Source: Nitrosopumilaceae archaeon (GTDB taxonomy: Archaea; Thermoproteota; Nitrososphaeria; Nitrososphaerales; Nitrosopumilaceae). From it: a DNA stretch of 64,000 bases. The position numbers and the translations under genes were made by a program. Below the pieces are notes generated by a model that worked only from the letters and a program-made list of their open reading frames with translations, searched no databases and had not been told where the DNA came from. The stretch lies in the NCBI GenBank assembly GCA_965203465.1, contig CBDBCR010000003.1:32001-96000 (forward strand). Reading direction: 5' to 3'. How positions within the stretch are numbered: the stretch's first letter is position 1; the number at the start of each line of letters is the position of its first letter. This document shows positions 28,901 to 43,900 of the stretch, one piece after another.

Positions 28901-31900
28901 CCGTCCCGGCAGAGGAGGCCTCGGCCCCCGAGACGTCGCGCAGGCCGCCGGACAGCAGGTCTATGTCGGACGGCGCGGCCGCTATTATCTCCTGGCGCTT
29001 TGCCTCCGATACGGTTATGGTTACCGTGGTTCCCGCGCTGTCCAAGACAGCCGAGGTTATGTCGGCCTCGGCGAATACAATGTTGGCCCCCGCCGTGCCT
29101 ATCTCGACGCGGGCCGCCTGCGCCGCGGTGGGCGCGGACATCTTTTCGTCGAACGTCAGGGATATGGTGCCGGCGCCCTCGTCCAGCGTCGCCGACTGGA
29201 GCTGCGGGGCCACGGTGTCCAGTGTTTGGCCGATCGCGTTGTCCGCCGCCGCCGCGATCGCGTTTCCGTCGGGGTCGCGCACCGCGCCGGCCGAGACGTC
29301 CAGCTGAGGCGTTTCCATCGCTATGACTGCCTGCCTGTCGGATTCGGTCAGAGTAAAGGAGACGGTGGCCGAATCTGCCGCGGTGGTGCGCGCCGAAGCC
29401 GACAGCGCCACGCCGCCCGAAGAGGCGCCTGCCTCGCGTATGGAGATGCCCGATTCGTTAATTTCAGAGGCGTCTATGGTCTCGGTGAACGTCAGCGTCA
29501 ATACGCCGGTGCCCTCGTTTAGCGCTGCCGACGAGAGGGCCGGGGCGATGCCGTCGGACACTGCCACGTGCGGCGATACGGTGGAGGCGAGCGGCTCGCC
29601 GGTCAAGTCTTCGATGTCTCCCGGACCTCTCACGTACTGGAGGCTCAGGTCGGGGTCGGTGTCGGGCAGATTACCGGACAGGCCCAGCACCACGGATGTG
29701 CCCGACGGGGCAGGATACTGCGACACGGCGACGTTTGAGTCGGTTCCGGACAGGACCCACGTGGTCGACGGGTTGGTCGAGGTTCCGCGGACAGCCTCCG
29801 TAAATGTGACCGTGATCGTGTTCAAGGAGGTGGCCTCTGCCGACGAGATAAAGGGCGCCAAGTTCTGCGTGACCGCCTCGCTGGCGCCGGCAAGCGCCAG
29901 GTCCGCGGTGTCCTTGATGTCGCCCGGAGGCTGCGCGTACGTCAGGGTCACGGCCCCTATCGGATCGGGGAACGCCGACGAGACGGTCAGCTCTACCGAG
30001 GTTCCGGAGAACGTGGCGTAGTTTGTGATCGTGCGGCCGCCCGCGCCGGCCCCCGAGAGCGTCCAGGTCGTGCCCGGCGCGGTGGCCGTGCCCGAGACGC
30101 TCTCCGAAAAGACGACCGTGATCTTGTCGGCCTCGCGCGATTCGGCCAGCTCGATGGTCGGCGCGATGCCGTCCGAGACCGGGGCGGTTCCCGACGCTTC
30201 GTTGCCGGCCGCGTCTTGCGCGTCGCCGGCGGCCGGATCGTAGCGCAGTACCACGCCGTCCGGCTTTGTATCCACCAGGTTGCCGCTCAGCGTGAGCACC
30301 AGCGAGGTGGATAGGGAAGATATGTCCGAGCTGCTGAGCACGGTGCGCGAGTTCCAGTCGCCGCCCGATATGGACCAGCCGGCGCCGGAGGTCCCGGTGG
30401 CCGTGACGCTCTCGCTGAAGGTGACGGTTATCTTGTCCAGTTCGGTGGCCCGGGCCGTAAACGTGGGCGCGATGCCGTCCGTCGCCGTGGCGGCCGCGTA
30501 GGCTGCCAAGTCGTTGCCCGACGCGTCCTCAATGTTGCCGCCCGAGTACGCCACGGTGACGGCCGGGTTGGTCTTGTCGGCGATGTCGCCGTCCAGGGTC
30601 AGGGTGGCGGTGCTGGCCGGGGAGCCGAACGCGATGGTCGAGACCGCCCTGCTTGCCGCGTCGGTGCCCGACAAGGTCCAGCCGGTCGGGGCGCCGGCCG
30701 GGTCGAGCCGGACCGGTTCGGAAAACGCCACCGCTATCGTGTTGCGCGACGTGGCCGTAACGGAGGTCACCGTAGGCGCGATGCCGTCGTCCGCCGCGGT
30801 CGCCGCGTACGCGGCAAGGTCGTTGCCCGACGCGTCCTCGATGTTGCCTCCCGAGTACGCCACGGTGATAGACGGGCTCGTGGTGCCGGCTATGTCCCTG
30901 TCCAGGTTCAGGGTGGCGCTGGTGCCGGATACGGATTCGGATATGCCCTGTATCGAAGCGACCTCGGCGCTGTTTGCGTCGGTACCCGATATGGCCCAGC
31001 CGAACGGGGCGGTGCCGGCGCCGGACAGCATCACGGCCTCCGAGAACGTAGCCACTATCGTGCGCGGGCCCGTCGCCTCGGCCGATTCGACCTCCGGGGC
31101 GATGCCGTCGCTTACCGTCACCGAGGCGTCGGCCAGGCTCCTCGACGAGGAATCCGATATCTCCACGGTCGTGCCCGGGCTAGGCGTGGCGTCGAACGCC
31201 AGCACGACGCCGTCCGGCTTCGTGTCGGGCAGGTCGCCGTCGAGCGTGACGGTCATGCTGCGCGTCTCCGATCCCAGCGGCGACAGGCCCGATACGCGCA
31301 GGCGGGCCGGGCTGTCCGCGTCGCCTCCCGACACCGACCAGGCCGAGAGCAGGTCCTGCGCCGAAGCGGAGCTGCTCACGTCCCTCGAGAACGTCACCAC
31401 GATTGTCCGTGGTCCGGTGGCCTCTGCCGACGTTACGGCGGGGCGCCGCTCGTCGGAGACCTGCGCGGCCGGTATGGCCGCCAGAACGAGCGAGGCGCCG
31501 TCCGTTATCGCGCCGCCGCCGTCGTAGGCCAGTTTCAGGTCCGTGAACGGCACGGGCAGCGCGGCGCCGCCCAGCTGTATCGTCATGGCGGAGCCGGCTA
31601 TCGCCGAGACCGACGATATCGCCCGGCCCGCCGCGTCGGTGCCCGACACCGCCCAGTTCGAGGCGGCGTTGGACGAGCTGGACACGGCCTCGCTGAACGA
31701 TACCGTGATGGTGCTGTCGTCGGTCAGCGCGAACGAGGCAGTCGGGGCGATGCCGTCAGATACCGGTATGCTCGCGCGCGCCTCGAGGGCGTTGGAGGCA
31801 AGGTCGGCAATGTCGCCCGAGCCCGAGCTCGCGTCGCTGCCCACGTTGCCCGCCGAGGTCTTGTAGAGCAGTACAGCGTTGTCCGGGTTCGTATCGCCCA

Positions 31901-34900
31901 GCGCTCCGGAGAGCGTCAAGACCGTCGAGAGGCCGCTAGAGGTGGCGGTGCTCGCCGTCACGTCAAGGCCGGCAGCGTCGGCGCCCGATACGGACCACCC
32001 TTGCGCGTTGGCCGGCACGGACACCGGCTCGCTGAAGGCGACCTCTACGGTGGTAAGCGAGGTGGCCGCGGCCGACTCTATCCGGGGCGCGATGCCGTCG
32101 TCCGCCGCGGCGGCGGCATAGGCGGCAAGGTTGTTGTCCGAGGTATCCTCGATGTTGCCGCCCGAGTACGCCACGGTGACAGACGGGCTCGTGGTGTCGG
32201 CGATGTCCCTGTCCAGTGTGAGCGTGGCGCTCGTCCCGGAGACCGACTCGGATATGTCCGATATCGAATCTACCTCGGCGCTGTTTGCGTCCGCGCCCGA
32301 TATGGCCCAGCCGAACGGCGCTGTGCCGGCGCCCGACAGCCTCACGCTCTCCGAAAATGCCACTTGTATCGTGCGGCGGTCGGCCACCGTCGCCGAGGCG
32401 ACCGAGGGGTTCTGGCCGTCCTTCAAGTCCTGCGACAGCGCGGTCGAGGTTCCGAGCGCGTTGTTCGATCCGTCCTTTACCTGCGTGGAGTCTATCTGCA
32501 CCGAGCCCTCCGCGCCGGTGCCCACCGGATTGGGGGCGGTGAACGAAACCACGTGCGTCGCGGTCGTCTGTCCGGATATCGACGATATGGTCGCCGTCTG
32601 CCCGCCCACCGAGGCGCTGCCGTAGTGGGACTGCGAGGCAGTGACGGCCTCGCTGTACGTTATCGTGAACTGGCCCGGCCCGGTGACCTTTGCGGACTCT
32701 ATTTCGGGCTTTATGCCGTCCGATACGGCCGTGCTCTGTTTGGCCTCCAGGGCGTTGGACGCGGGATCCGCTATGGCCCCCGAGCCCGAATTCGCGTCGC
32801 CGGTCACGTCGCCCGACGAGGTCTTGTACCGCAGGACCACGCCGTCCGGCTTCGTGTCCTCCATGTCCGAGCTGAGCGTGAGCACCACGGAACGGCCGTT
32901 CGAGACGGCGGTGCTCGAATCGACTGTGCGGCCGGCAGCGTCGGTCCCGGATACGGACCAGCCCTGCGCGGTCGTGTCCAATATCGAAAGGTTCTCGCTG
33001 AACGTGACCGTTATCTTGTCCAGTTCGGTCGCCTTTGCGGTGAACGTCGGCGCCTGCCCGTCCGTAAGAGTCTGCGTGACGTGGCCGGAGCCCAGGGCGT
33101 TGTTCGAGCCGTCCCTGATCGCCCCGAAATTGATTTGCACGGTTCCGGTCGCGTCGGTGCCCGTGTTGCTCCCGGCGAAGCTCAGGACGGCGGTGTCTGT
33201 GTTGGCGCCCGCAAAGCCCGACGCGAAGCGGCCCCCTCCCACGTTGATGTTGTTGTAGTGGGCCAGGTTGTGCGTCACCGTCTCGCTGTACACGATCGTT
33301 ATCTGGCGGGGTCCGGTGACCTTGGCGGACTCTATTTCGGGCTTTACGCCGTCCGAGACGTCGATGTTGGTGGCGGAGTCCAATTCGTTCGCGGTCCCCG
33401 CATCGTCCGCCACGTCGCCGGACGAGGAATCGTACGCCAGCTTTACGCCCTCCGGCTTCGTATCCGCGAGGTTGCCGTCGAGGGTCAGCACCAGCGTGTC
33501 CGAGGCGGTGGCGGATATGTCCGAGCGTCTGTCCACTACGCGCGAGTTCCAGTCGCCGCCGGATATCGACCAGCCGCCCGTCCCGGCGGTGCCGGTCGCC
33601 TTTACGTTTTCGCTGAACGTCACCGTTATCTCGTTCAGTTTGGTGGCCTTTGCCGACGTTATGGTCGGCTTTTGCCCGTCGGCCAGAGGCTGCGTCAGCG
33701 CGCCCGTCGTCCTCGTCATGGCGTTGCCCGACGCGTCGGCTATCTCTGCTTCGGCGATGTTCACCGAGCCGGTGGCCCCGGTGCCCGCCGGGTTCGTGAA
33801 CGTCAGGGTGTGCACCGCGGTACCGCTGCCCGAGACGTTCGATATCTGACGGAACTGGTTGTCCACGGTCGCCGGCGAATAGGCGGTCTGGCCGGCGGTG
33901 ACGGCCTCGCCGTACGTTATCGTTATCGTGGTCGGCCCCGTGATCTCGGCCTTTTCCACGGCCGGCGCGATGCCGTCGGCTACCGCTACGGAGGCGTCGG
34001 CCATGGCCTTGGAGTTGGCGTCGGTTATGGAAACGGCCGTTCCCGAAGCGGGGGTCGAGTCGTACGCGATGTCCAGATCCGGCCGGGTGTCCGGTAGGCG
34101 GCCGTCGAGCGTGAGCGTGAGCGTCTTTGTCGATACCGAGAGCGAGGACGCGCCCGACACGGACAGCGCGCTGCCGTTGACAGTCGCGTCGGTGCCGGAG
34201 ACCGACCAGGCCGCGGCGATCTGGGCCGGGGTGTTCGAGCTGGAAGCATCCCTGGTAAATACGACCACGATCGTCGACGGGCCCGTGGCGGCCGGGTTGA
34301 CGGCCGTCGCCGACAGTATGGACGGCCTCCTGTCGTCCGAGACGGCCGTCGCCGGCACGGCCGCCAAAGCCAGATTTGCGCCGTCCTGTATGGTACCGCC
34401 GGCCGAGTACGCAAGTTTGAGATCCGTTGACGGTGCCGGCACGTCGCCGTCCAGCGCGACGGTCATGGAGCCGGCAGCCGAGGTGAGCGACGAGACCGAC
34501 GATATCGCCAGGCCGGCCGCGTCGGCCCCGGACAGAGTCCAGTGCGACGCGTCGTTGTCCGGGCTGGACACGTCCTCGCTGAACGACACCGTGACGACTC
34601 GGTCGTCGGTCAGCGCGAACGAGGCCGTCGGGGCGATGCCGTCCGATACCGGCATGTTCTCGCGCGCCTCGAGGGCGTTGGACTCCGAGTCGGCTATGGC
34701 GCCCGAGCCCGAATCGGCGTCGCCCGGCACGTCCCCTGCGGAAGTCTTGTAGCGCAGCACCGCGTTGTCCGGGTTCGTGTCGGCCAGGCTCCCCGACAGG
34801 GTCAGCACCGTCGAGAGGCCGCTCGAGGTGGACGTGCTCGAGACGACCTGCAGGCTCGGAGCGTCGGTGCCCGATATCGACCAGCCCTGCGCGTTGGTGG

Positions 34901-37900
34901 CCGACGCGTCGACTAGCTCGCTGAATGTGACTTCTATCGTGGTAAGCGAGGTGGCTTTGGCGGATTCTATCGTAGGCCTTACCGCGTCCGAGACATCGAT
35001 GTCGGTGGCAGAAGCGAGCTCGTTCGCGGTCCCCGCCGCCTCGTCCGCCACGTCGCCTGCCGAGGAGTCGTAGGCCAGCTTTACGCCCTCCGGCTTTGTG
35101 TCCGTCAGGTTGCCGTCGAGGGTCAGCACAAGCGTGTCCGAGGCGGTCGACGAAATGCCAGCGCGCGTGTTCACGAGGCGCGAGTTGGAGTCGCCGCCCG
35201 ATATCGACCAGCCGGCGGCGCCGGACGTCCCGGTGGCCTTTACGGGCTCGCTGAACGTCACCTCTATCGTGGTAAGCGAGGTGGCCCTAGCCGATTCTAC
35301 GGTCGGCTTTACGCCGTCCGAGACGTCGATGTTCGAGGCCGATGCGAGCTCGTTTGCGGTCCCCGCCTCGTCTGCCACGTCGCCTGCCGCGGAGTCGTAG
35401 GCCAGCTTTACGCCCTCGGGCTTCGTATCCAAAAGGCCTCCGTTGAGGGTCAGCACCAGCGTGTCCGAGGCGGTGGCGGATATGTCCGAGCGTCTGTCCA
35501 CTACGCGCGAGTTCCAGTCGCCGCCGGATATCGACCAGCCGGCGGCGCCGGAGGTCCCGGTCGCCTTTACGGTCTCGCTGAACGTGACCTCTATCGTGGT
35601 AAGCGAGGTGGCCCTAGCCGATTCTACCGTCGGCCTTACCGCGTCCGAGACGTCGATGTTGGACGCGTCGTCCATCGAATTGGCCGCCGCTGCGGTGTCC
35701 TGAACGGTGCCGTCCGCCGCCACGTACGCCAGCTTTACGCCCTCCGGCTTTGTATCCGAGAGGCCGCCGTCGAGGGTCAGCACCAGCGTGTCCGATGCGG
35801 TCGACGAAATGCCAGAGCGCGTGTCCACCAGGCGCGAGTTGGAGTCGCCGCCCGATATCGACCATCCGGCGGCGCCGGCGGTCCCGGTCGCCTTTACGTC
35901 CTCGCTGAACGTGACCTCTATCGTGGTAAGCGAAGTCGCCCTAGCCGACGTTATGGTCGGCTTTTGCCCGTCCGCCAGATTCTGCGAGACGGTCGCCGAG
36001 CCCAGCGCGTTGCCCGACGCGTCGGCCACGGCAGCCGCGTCTATCGAGACGGAGCCGGTGGCGCCGGTGCCGACGGGGCTCGCCGTAGAGAACGTGACCG
36101 TGTGCCTGTCCGTCGAACCGTTGGCCAGGCCCGAGACGGTGGCGGCGGCTCCGTCCACGGTGGCCGACACGTAGTCGGCCTGCGCGGCCGTGACCGCCTC
36201 GCCGTACGCGACTTCTATCGTGGTCGGGCCGACTATGCTGGCCGACTCTATCTCGGGCGCGATGCCGTCGGCCACGTCTACAGAGGCGTCGGCCAGCACC
36301 CTAGAGTCCGTGCCCGATATCGTCACGGTCGTGCCCTGGCTCGGCGCGGCGTCGAACGAAAGCACGACGCTGTCCGGCTTTGTGTCCGGCAGGCCGGAGC
36401 TCAGATCCAGCCTGAGAGTGCTCGTCAGCGAGGACAGCGAGGACGCGCCCGATATGCTCAAAGCTGTGGGGCTGGCCGCGTCGCCTCCAGATATGGACCA
36501 GGCCGAGAGCAGATCCGACGGGGAGGCGGAGCTCGACACGCCCCTTGTGAACTCGACCACTATTGTGTCGCGGTTGACGGCGGTCGCAGACAGGATGGAC
36601 GGCCTCCTGTCGTCCTGCACGGCCGTCGCCGAAACTGCCGCCAAAGCCAGATTTGAGCCGTCCTGTATCGTGCCGGCAGCCGAGTACGCCAGTCTCAAGT
36701 CGGTGGACGGGACCGGCACGTTTCCGCTCAAAGATATAGTCATGGAGCCGGTCGACGAGGTGAGCGACGAGACCGACGATACGGCCAGGCCGGCCGCGTC
36801 GGCGCCCGAGATCGTCCAGTGCGACGCGTCGTTGTCCGAGCTGGAGACGGGCTCGCTGAACGATACGGTGATTGCGTCGTCGGCGGTCAGCCTGAACTCG
36901 GCGGTAGGGGCGATGCCGTCCGATACCGGTATGCCTTGGCGGGCGGCCAGGGCGTTGGAGTCCGGATCTTCGATGGCCCCCGAGCCCGAGCCCGGATCGC
37001 CGGCCGCGTCGGTGCCCGACGTCTCGTATCTTAGCAGCACGCCGTCCGGCTTCGTATCCGCCAAGGCTTTGTCGAGCGTCAGCACTATGGAGTCGGAACC
37101 GGACGAAGTGGTGCTCGAGACCACGACGTGCGAGCCCGCGTCGGTCCCCGATACGGACCAGCCCTGCGCGGCGGCATCCAGTATCGTGAGCGGCTCGCTG
37201 AAGGTGACCCTGATCTCGGTGAGCGAGACGGCTGCGGCCGACGATATCGTCGGCGCGACGCCGTCCGATACCGGTATGCTCTGGCGGGCCTCGAGGGCGT
37301 TGGAGGGGGGCGCGGCCGGGAACGTAAGGTACTGCGAGACGGAGCTGCGCTGGACGGTGCCGCCGGGGCCGGTAAAGGAGGTGGTCGAAGACGCCTTGTC
37401 GGCGATGTCGCCCGAGCCCGAGCCGGCATCGGCGCCCACGTCCGTACCCGATGTCTCGTAGCGCAGATGTATGTCCGGCTTGGTATCGGACAGCGGTCCC
37501 GAGAGCGTCAGCGTGACGGTGTTTCCGTCAAGAGAAGTGCTCGAATCGACGGTGCGCGAGGCCGAATCTGCCCCCGATATAGACCACCCCTTGCCGGCAA
37601 GATCCGATGTGGACACGTCCTCGTCGAACGTCACCTGTATGGTGTCGGCCGACGTGGCCTTGGCCGCCGTTATCGACGGGGCCACGCCGTCGTCTAGCGG
37701 CAGGAACTGCCTCGAGGAAGAAAGCGCGTTTCCGGCAAGATCCCGCACGCCGTTGGGGTCGTACTGCACGAAGCCGGACCACGACGGGTTCACGGTGCAG
37801 TCGCGCGACGTGAACGTGAACCTGTCGGCGGCCGTGAGAGTGGTGCCGCCGGCGCAGTTGGCCTGGCCGTTGAGTCGCGCGTCATGTATGGCGAAATTGC

Positions 37901-40900
37901 CGATGCGGACGTCCTCGCTGAACACGGAGACGGCCTTGTTGGGTGCCTCTGTCCTGGCATAGACGGTCGGCGCGATGCCGTCCGATACCGGTATGCCCGC
38001 GCGCGCCTCCATGGCGTTGGACGACGAATCCGCTACGGCGCCCGAGCCCGAGCCCGCATCGGAGCCGACATCGGCGCCCGAAGTCTCGTAGCGCAGCACC
38101 GCGTTGTCCGGGTTGGTGTCCGCGAGGTTCCCCGAGAGCGTCAACACGACCGAGTTGGAGCCGGACGCGGCGCTGCTCGCGTCCACCGTCAGGCCCGCCG
38201 CGTCGGTCCCCGATACGGACCACCCTTGCGCGCTCGTGTCCTGTACCGTGAGGCTTTCGCTGAACGTGACAGTTATGCTGTCGCGGGCCGTGGCCTTTGC
38301 CGTCACGGTGGGGGGCAGGCCGTCCGATATCGGTATGGAAGAGCGCGGCGCCAGCGCGTTGGACGCCAAGTCCGTTATGGCCCCCGAGCCCGAACCCACG
38401 TCGCTGCCCACGTCGCCGGTCGCGGTCTTGTAGCGCAGCACCGCGTTGTCCGGGTTGGTGTCCGCGAGGTTCCCCGAGAGCGTCAACACTATGGAGCTGT
38501 TGACGGACGTGGCCGTGCTGGTATCGACCGTGAGGCCGGCAGCGTCGGTGCCCGATATCGACCACCCTTGCGCGCTCGTGTCCAGTACAGTGAGGTCTTC
38601 GCTGAACGTGACCGTTATCTGGTTGGGTGCCGTGGCCTCGGCCGTCACGGTCGGGCTTATGCCGTCGCCGGCGGCCGTGGGCGGATAGTCAGCGAGCGGG
38701 CGGTTGGAATTGTCCCTGATGCCGTCGCCCGAGTACGCCACGGTGATGGCCGGTTTCGTGGTATCGGCGATGTCCCTGTCCAGGGTCAGCACGGCCGTGC
38801 TCGACCTGCTCTCGAGGCCCGCGTTGAGCATGGGGATGCCCGCGATCGACTCCACGGAGGCGCCGCCCGCGTCGGCGCCCGATATCGTCCAGCCGAACGG
38901 CGCGGCGCCGGACAGCTGCGCCGGGTCCGAGAACGTCACGGTTATCGTCCTGCGCGAGGTGACCGTCGCCGAGTCGACGGTGAGCAGGTCCGATACGGGT
39001 TTGTCGAGGGACTCGGCTATCTGGACGCCGGTCGTGTCCGAGACGGCGCCCGCGGATATGTCCAGCTCCGGGTCCGAGAGCGTCTCGAACGCGGCGCGCT
39101 GCTGGGCGACTAGCGTGAATTTCACAGAGAACCCGTCGGGCTGGCCCGCGTCCAGCCTGCTGGTCAGTTTTATGCCGCCCGACGACGAGCCGCTCTCCCG
39201 TATGTCGAATTTCGAGGCGTCGACCGACGATATCGCGACGGTCTCGCTGAACACCACGGTCAGCACCCCGTCGGAGCCGTGGTAGGAGGCCGACGCGAAG
39301 ACGGGCGCGATCGAATCCGCCGTAACGGCGACGTCGTGGCCGGCAGAGTCGGGGGCGAACGGGTTGCCGCTCGTGTCGTACACAGTGTTGGGCGCGAAGT
39401 ACAGGTTGGGATCGGACATGCCGATCACGGCCTGGCGCGAGGCCTCGTCCAGACTGAACCGCAGGGTGGACGTGTTCGACGAGACGGCCAGCATGGAATC
39501 GGTCATGGTAAGCTGGCCGGCCGCCGGCTGGCTCGTGCCGTCGCGCACGTGCACGCTCGTGGCAGAGAGCCTGCCCACGTCGATGTACTCGTTGAACGCT
39601 ACGGCCAGCCGGCCTGTCCCCGCGTCGAAGGTCACGTCGGCCGGCGCAGATATGATCGGCGCCGCGGAGTCGGCCGTGACGGCGATGTCGACGCCGGAGG
39701 CCGGCACGGAGAGGTCTCCGTCCGCGTCGCGGAACGCGCCCGCAGAGACGTACAGCCTGGGATCGGCCATGGCCAGGACGAGCTGCCTCCGGTCCTCGTC
39801 GAGCTCGAATGCCGGCGAGGCCGTGTCCGACGTCTCGGACGTGGAATCCTGATCCAGGACGAACGCGCCGGCAGACCCGGGCGTCGCCGAGGGGCCGTCG
39901 CGTACGCCTATGAGCGTCTCGTCGATGTCGCCGGGCGCCGACGCCTTGGCGGTCTTGCTGAGGGTTATCTCCAGATCGCCGAGACCCCCGTCCACCGTAG
40001 AAGACAGCACGTACAGCGTCAGGCCTACCGCGTTGTCGGCCGAGGCATCCGACGGGATGCCGGCCTTGTCCGAGACGGCTCCCGCGTCGATGTCAAGTTC
40101 CGGGACGGACAGGGCCTCAAAGTCGGCGCGCTGTTGCGCGGTAAGCGTGAACTTTACAGAGACGCCGTCGGGCTGGCCCGCGTCCAGCCTGCCGGCGAGA
40201 TTTATGCCGCCCGACGACGAGCCGCTCTCCCGTATGTCGAATTTCGAGGCGTCGACCGACGATATCGCGACTGTCTCGCTGAACACCGCGGTCAGCCTGC
40301 CGTCCGAGCCGTCGTACAGGACGGATTCGAACGCGGGCGCGATCGAATCCGCCGTCACGGCGACGTCGTGGCCGGCAGAGTCGGGGGCGAACGGGTTGCC
40401 GCTCGTGTCGTACACAGTGTTGGGCGCGAAGTACAGGTTGGGATCGGACATCCCGATCACGGCCTGGCGCGATTCCTCGTCCAGACTGAACCGCAGGGTG
40501 GACGTGTTCGACGAGACGGCCAGCATGGAATCGGTCATGGTAAGCTGGCCGGTCGCCGGCTGGCTCGTGCCGTCGCGCACGTGCACGCTCGTGGCAGAGA
40601 GCCTGCCCACGTCGATGTACTCGTTGAACGCTACGGCCAGCCGGCCTGTCCCCGCGTCGAAGGTCACGTCGGCCGGCGCAGATATGATCGGCGCCGCGGA
40701 GTCGGCCGTGACGGCGATGTCGACGCCGGAGGCCGGCACGGAGAGGTCGCCGTCCGCGTCGCGGAACGCGCCCGCAGAGACGTACAGCCTGGGATCGGCC
40801 ATGGCCAGGACGAGCTGCCTCCGGTCCTCGTCGAGCTCGAATGCCGGCGAGGCCGTGTCCGACGTCTCGGACGTGGAATCCTGATCCAGTACGAACGCGC

Positions 40901-43900
40901 CCGGCGCCGATGGCGAGGCGGACGGGCCGTCGCGTACGCCTATGAGCGTCTCGTCGATGTCGCCGGGCGCCGAGATCTTTGCCGCCCTGTTGAGGTTTAT
41001 CGTGAGGCCTCCAGACTCCCCGTCGAACGAGGCGGAGTCTACCCCGAGCAGAGCGGCGACGCGGCTGTCCTGGGAAGCCGGTATCGCGTTGGCCGGCGAG
41101 GCCGTGTCCGAGACGGCGCCCGCGTCGATGTCCAGCTCTGGCACCGACAGGGCCAGGACGGTCGCCAGCTGCTGCGCGGTAAGCGTGAACGCGACCGAAG
41201 CCCCGTCGGACTGGCCTGCGTCGAGCCGACCTGTAAGCGCGGTGCCGCCCGACGAGGAGCCGCTCTCCCGGATGTGGAACTTTGAGGCGTCCGCCGAAGA
41301 CACGTCGACGTCCTCGCTGAACTCCAGCGCAAGCTCGCCGCTGCTCTCGTTGAGCACGGCCGACAGCAGCGCGGGCGGCAGGAGGTCCGAGACGGACACG
41401 TGCGGCGAGACGGTCGATGCGAGCGGCTTGTCGGTGCCGTCCTTTATGTCGCCCGGGCTCTGCACGTACTGCAGCCGCAGCGAGGGCGAGGTGTCCGGCA
41501 GGTCGCCGGAGAGGCCCAGGCTTACCGTGTCGGTCGACGACGATATTCCGAGGTACCTGCTCACGGTTATGCCGGCAGAGTCGGCGCCGTGCAGCTTCCA
41601 CGTGCCGGCCGCGCCCGTCGCGGTGCCGGTGACGTCCTCGCTGAACTCGACCCGGATTTCGTCCGCCGAGACGGCGGCGGCCGACGATATGGCAGGCGCC
41701 AGGTTCTGCGAGACCGAAACGCTCGCGCCGGCAAGGCCGTTGTCGGACGCGTCGGCTATGTCCCCCGCCGAGCCCGAGTACGACAGGGTCACCTCGCCGA
41801 TGGGCTCCGCGAACGCCGACGAGGCGGTGATTTCTATGGAGCGCGAGTCGGAGAACGCGTCGTAGACCGTTATCGTGCGGCCGCCCGCGCCTGCCCCCGA
41901 GAGCGACCACGTGTCGTCCGGATCCGTCGCGGTGCCCGAGACTTCTTCGGAGAACTCGACGGTTATCTTGTTGGATTCGTGCGAGACCGCCGAGGCGATG
42001 GCGGGCGCTATGCCGTCCGAGACGGGGGCCGAGGCCGCCGCCATGGCGTTGGAGGACGGGTCGGATACGGCGCCCGAGCCCGAGCCCGGATCGCCGCCCT
42101 CGTCTCCCGCCGATGTCTTGTACCGGAGCGAGGCCTCGGGCCTCGTGCCCTCCAGATTCCCTGAGAGGGTCAGCACGATAGAGCCGCCGTCCGACGCGGC
42201 GGTGCTCGCGTCCACCGTGAGGCCGGCAGCGTCGGTGCCGGATATAGACCAGCCCTGCGCGCTCGTGTCCAGTATGGTGAGGTCTTCGCTGAACGTGACC
42301 GTTATCTTGTCGGGGGCCGTGGCCCTGGCCGCAAAGGTCGGGGATATGCCGTCGGACGGGGCGTCAGAGTACGCGGCAAGGGCGTTGTCGTATATGTCCT
42401 CGATGTTGCCGCCGCTGTAGGCCACCGCAATGTCGGGGGACGTGTCCGCCAAGTTGCCGCTCAGCAAAAGCCTGGCCGTAGTTCCCGACTGGGTGCTGGA
42501 AATGTCCGTTATCGAGGATACGGACACCGAGGCGGCGTCGGTTCCGGATATCGTCCAGCCTGTCGGCGCGCCCGTGTCGGACATGCGGACCGCTTCCGAA
42601 AATCCGACCGTGATCTCGTCCAGCTTTGTGGCCTCGGCGGAGACGATGCGGGGCGCGATGCCGTCCGATACGGGTATGGAAGCCCGGCTGGCCAGAGGGC
42701 TGGAGACAGCCGCGTCGGGGAACGTGAGGTACTGCGCGACGGAGCTGCGCTGCTTGGGGCGGTCCTGCGCTTCGGGGAACGCGGCTCGGGAGGAGGACTT
42801 GTCTGCAATGTCGCCCGAGCCCGAGCCCGTATCGGCGCCGATGTCGGCGCCGGACGTCTCGTAGCGCAGCTGGATGTCGGGCGTGGTGTCCGGCAGCGGG
42901 CCCGAGAGCGTCAGGGTCACGGTGCGCCCGTCCAGGGACGTGCTGGAGTCGACTGTGCGCGAGGCAGAATCGGTCCCCGATATCGACCACCCCTTGCCCG
43001 CCGTGTCCGAAGTGGACACGTCCTCGTCGAACGTTACCTGTACGGTAGTCAGGGACGTTGCCGTGACCCCCGTTATCGACGGGGCCACGCCGTCGTCGAT
43101 GGGCATGTACACCCAAGCGCCCGGCCTGTTTCCCGCAAGATCGCTGACGTTGCGCCCGTCGTACAAAAACGAGCCCGACGACGAAGAGCTTATGTTGCAT
43201 CTGGACGTGAACGTGACAGAGTTCTGGCCCGCAAGCGCGGAGGTGGAGCCGGTTGCGCAGCCGGGGCTGAGGCGGAAAGTCTGTATGGTAAAGGAGCCGC
43301 TGACGCTGACGGCTTCGCTGAACCTGTACGCGACCTTGTTGGGGAGGACCGTCGTCGCAGAGATCGTCGGCGCTATGCCGTCCGATACGGGTATGCCTGC
43401 GCGCGCCGCCATCGCGTTGGATGCCGGATCCGCTATGGCCCCCGAGCCCGAGCCCGCGTCGGTGCCGATGTCCGTACCCGAAGTCTCGTAGCGCAATACG
43501 GCGTTGTCGGGGTTGGTGTCCGCCAAGTTCCCCGAGAGCGTCAGTACTACGGAGTTGGAGCCGGACGCGGCGCTGCTCGCGTCCACCGTCAGGCCCGCCG
43601 CGTCGGTGCCCGACACGGACCAGCCCTGCGCGGTGGTGTCCTGTATCGTGAGCGGCTCGCTGAACGTGACGGCTATCCTGTTTAGGGCCGTGGCCCGCGC
43701 CGTGACGGTCGGCTTTATGCCGTCCGCGACGTCGCCCGACAGGTCTTCCAGTTCCTTGCCGCCGTCGCTGGCGATCGTCACGGCCGAGCCGTCGTACGCC
43801 AGGATCACGCCGTCGGGCTTTGTGTCCGGCAGGTCCGAGCTGAGCGTGATCGTCAGGGAACTGGTGAGCACCTGCAGCGACGTCATGCTTTGTACGCTCA

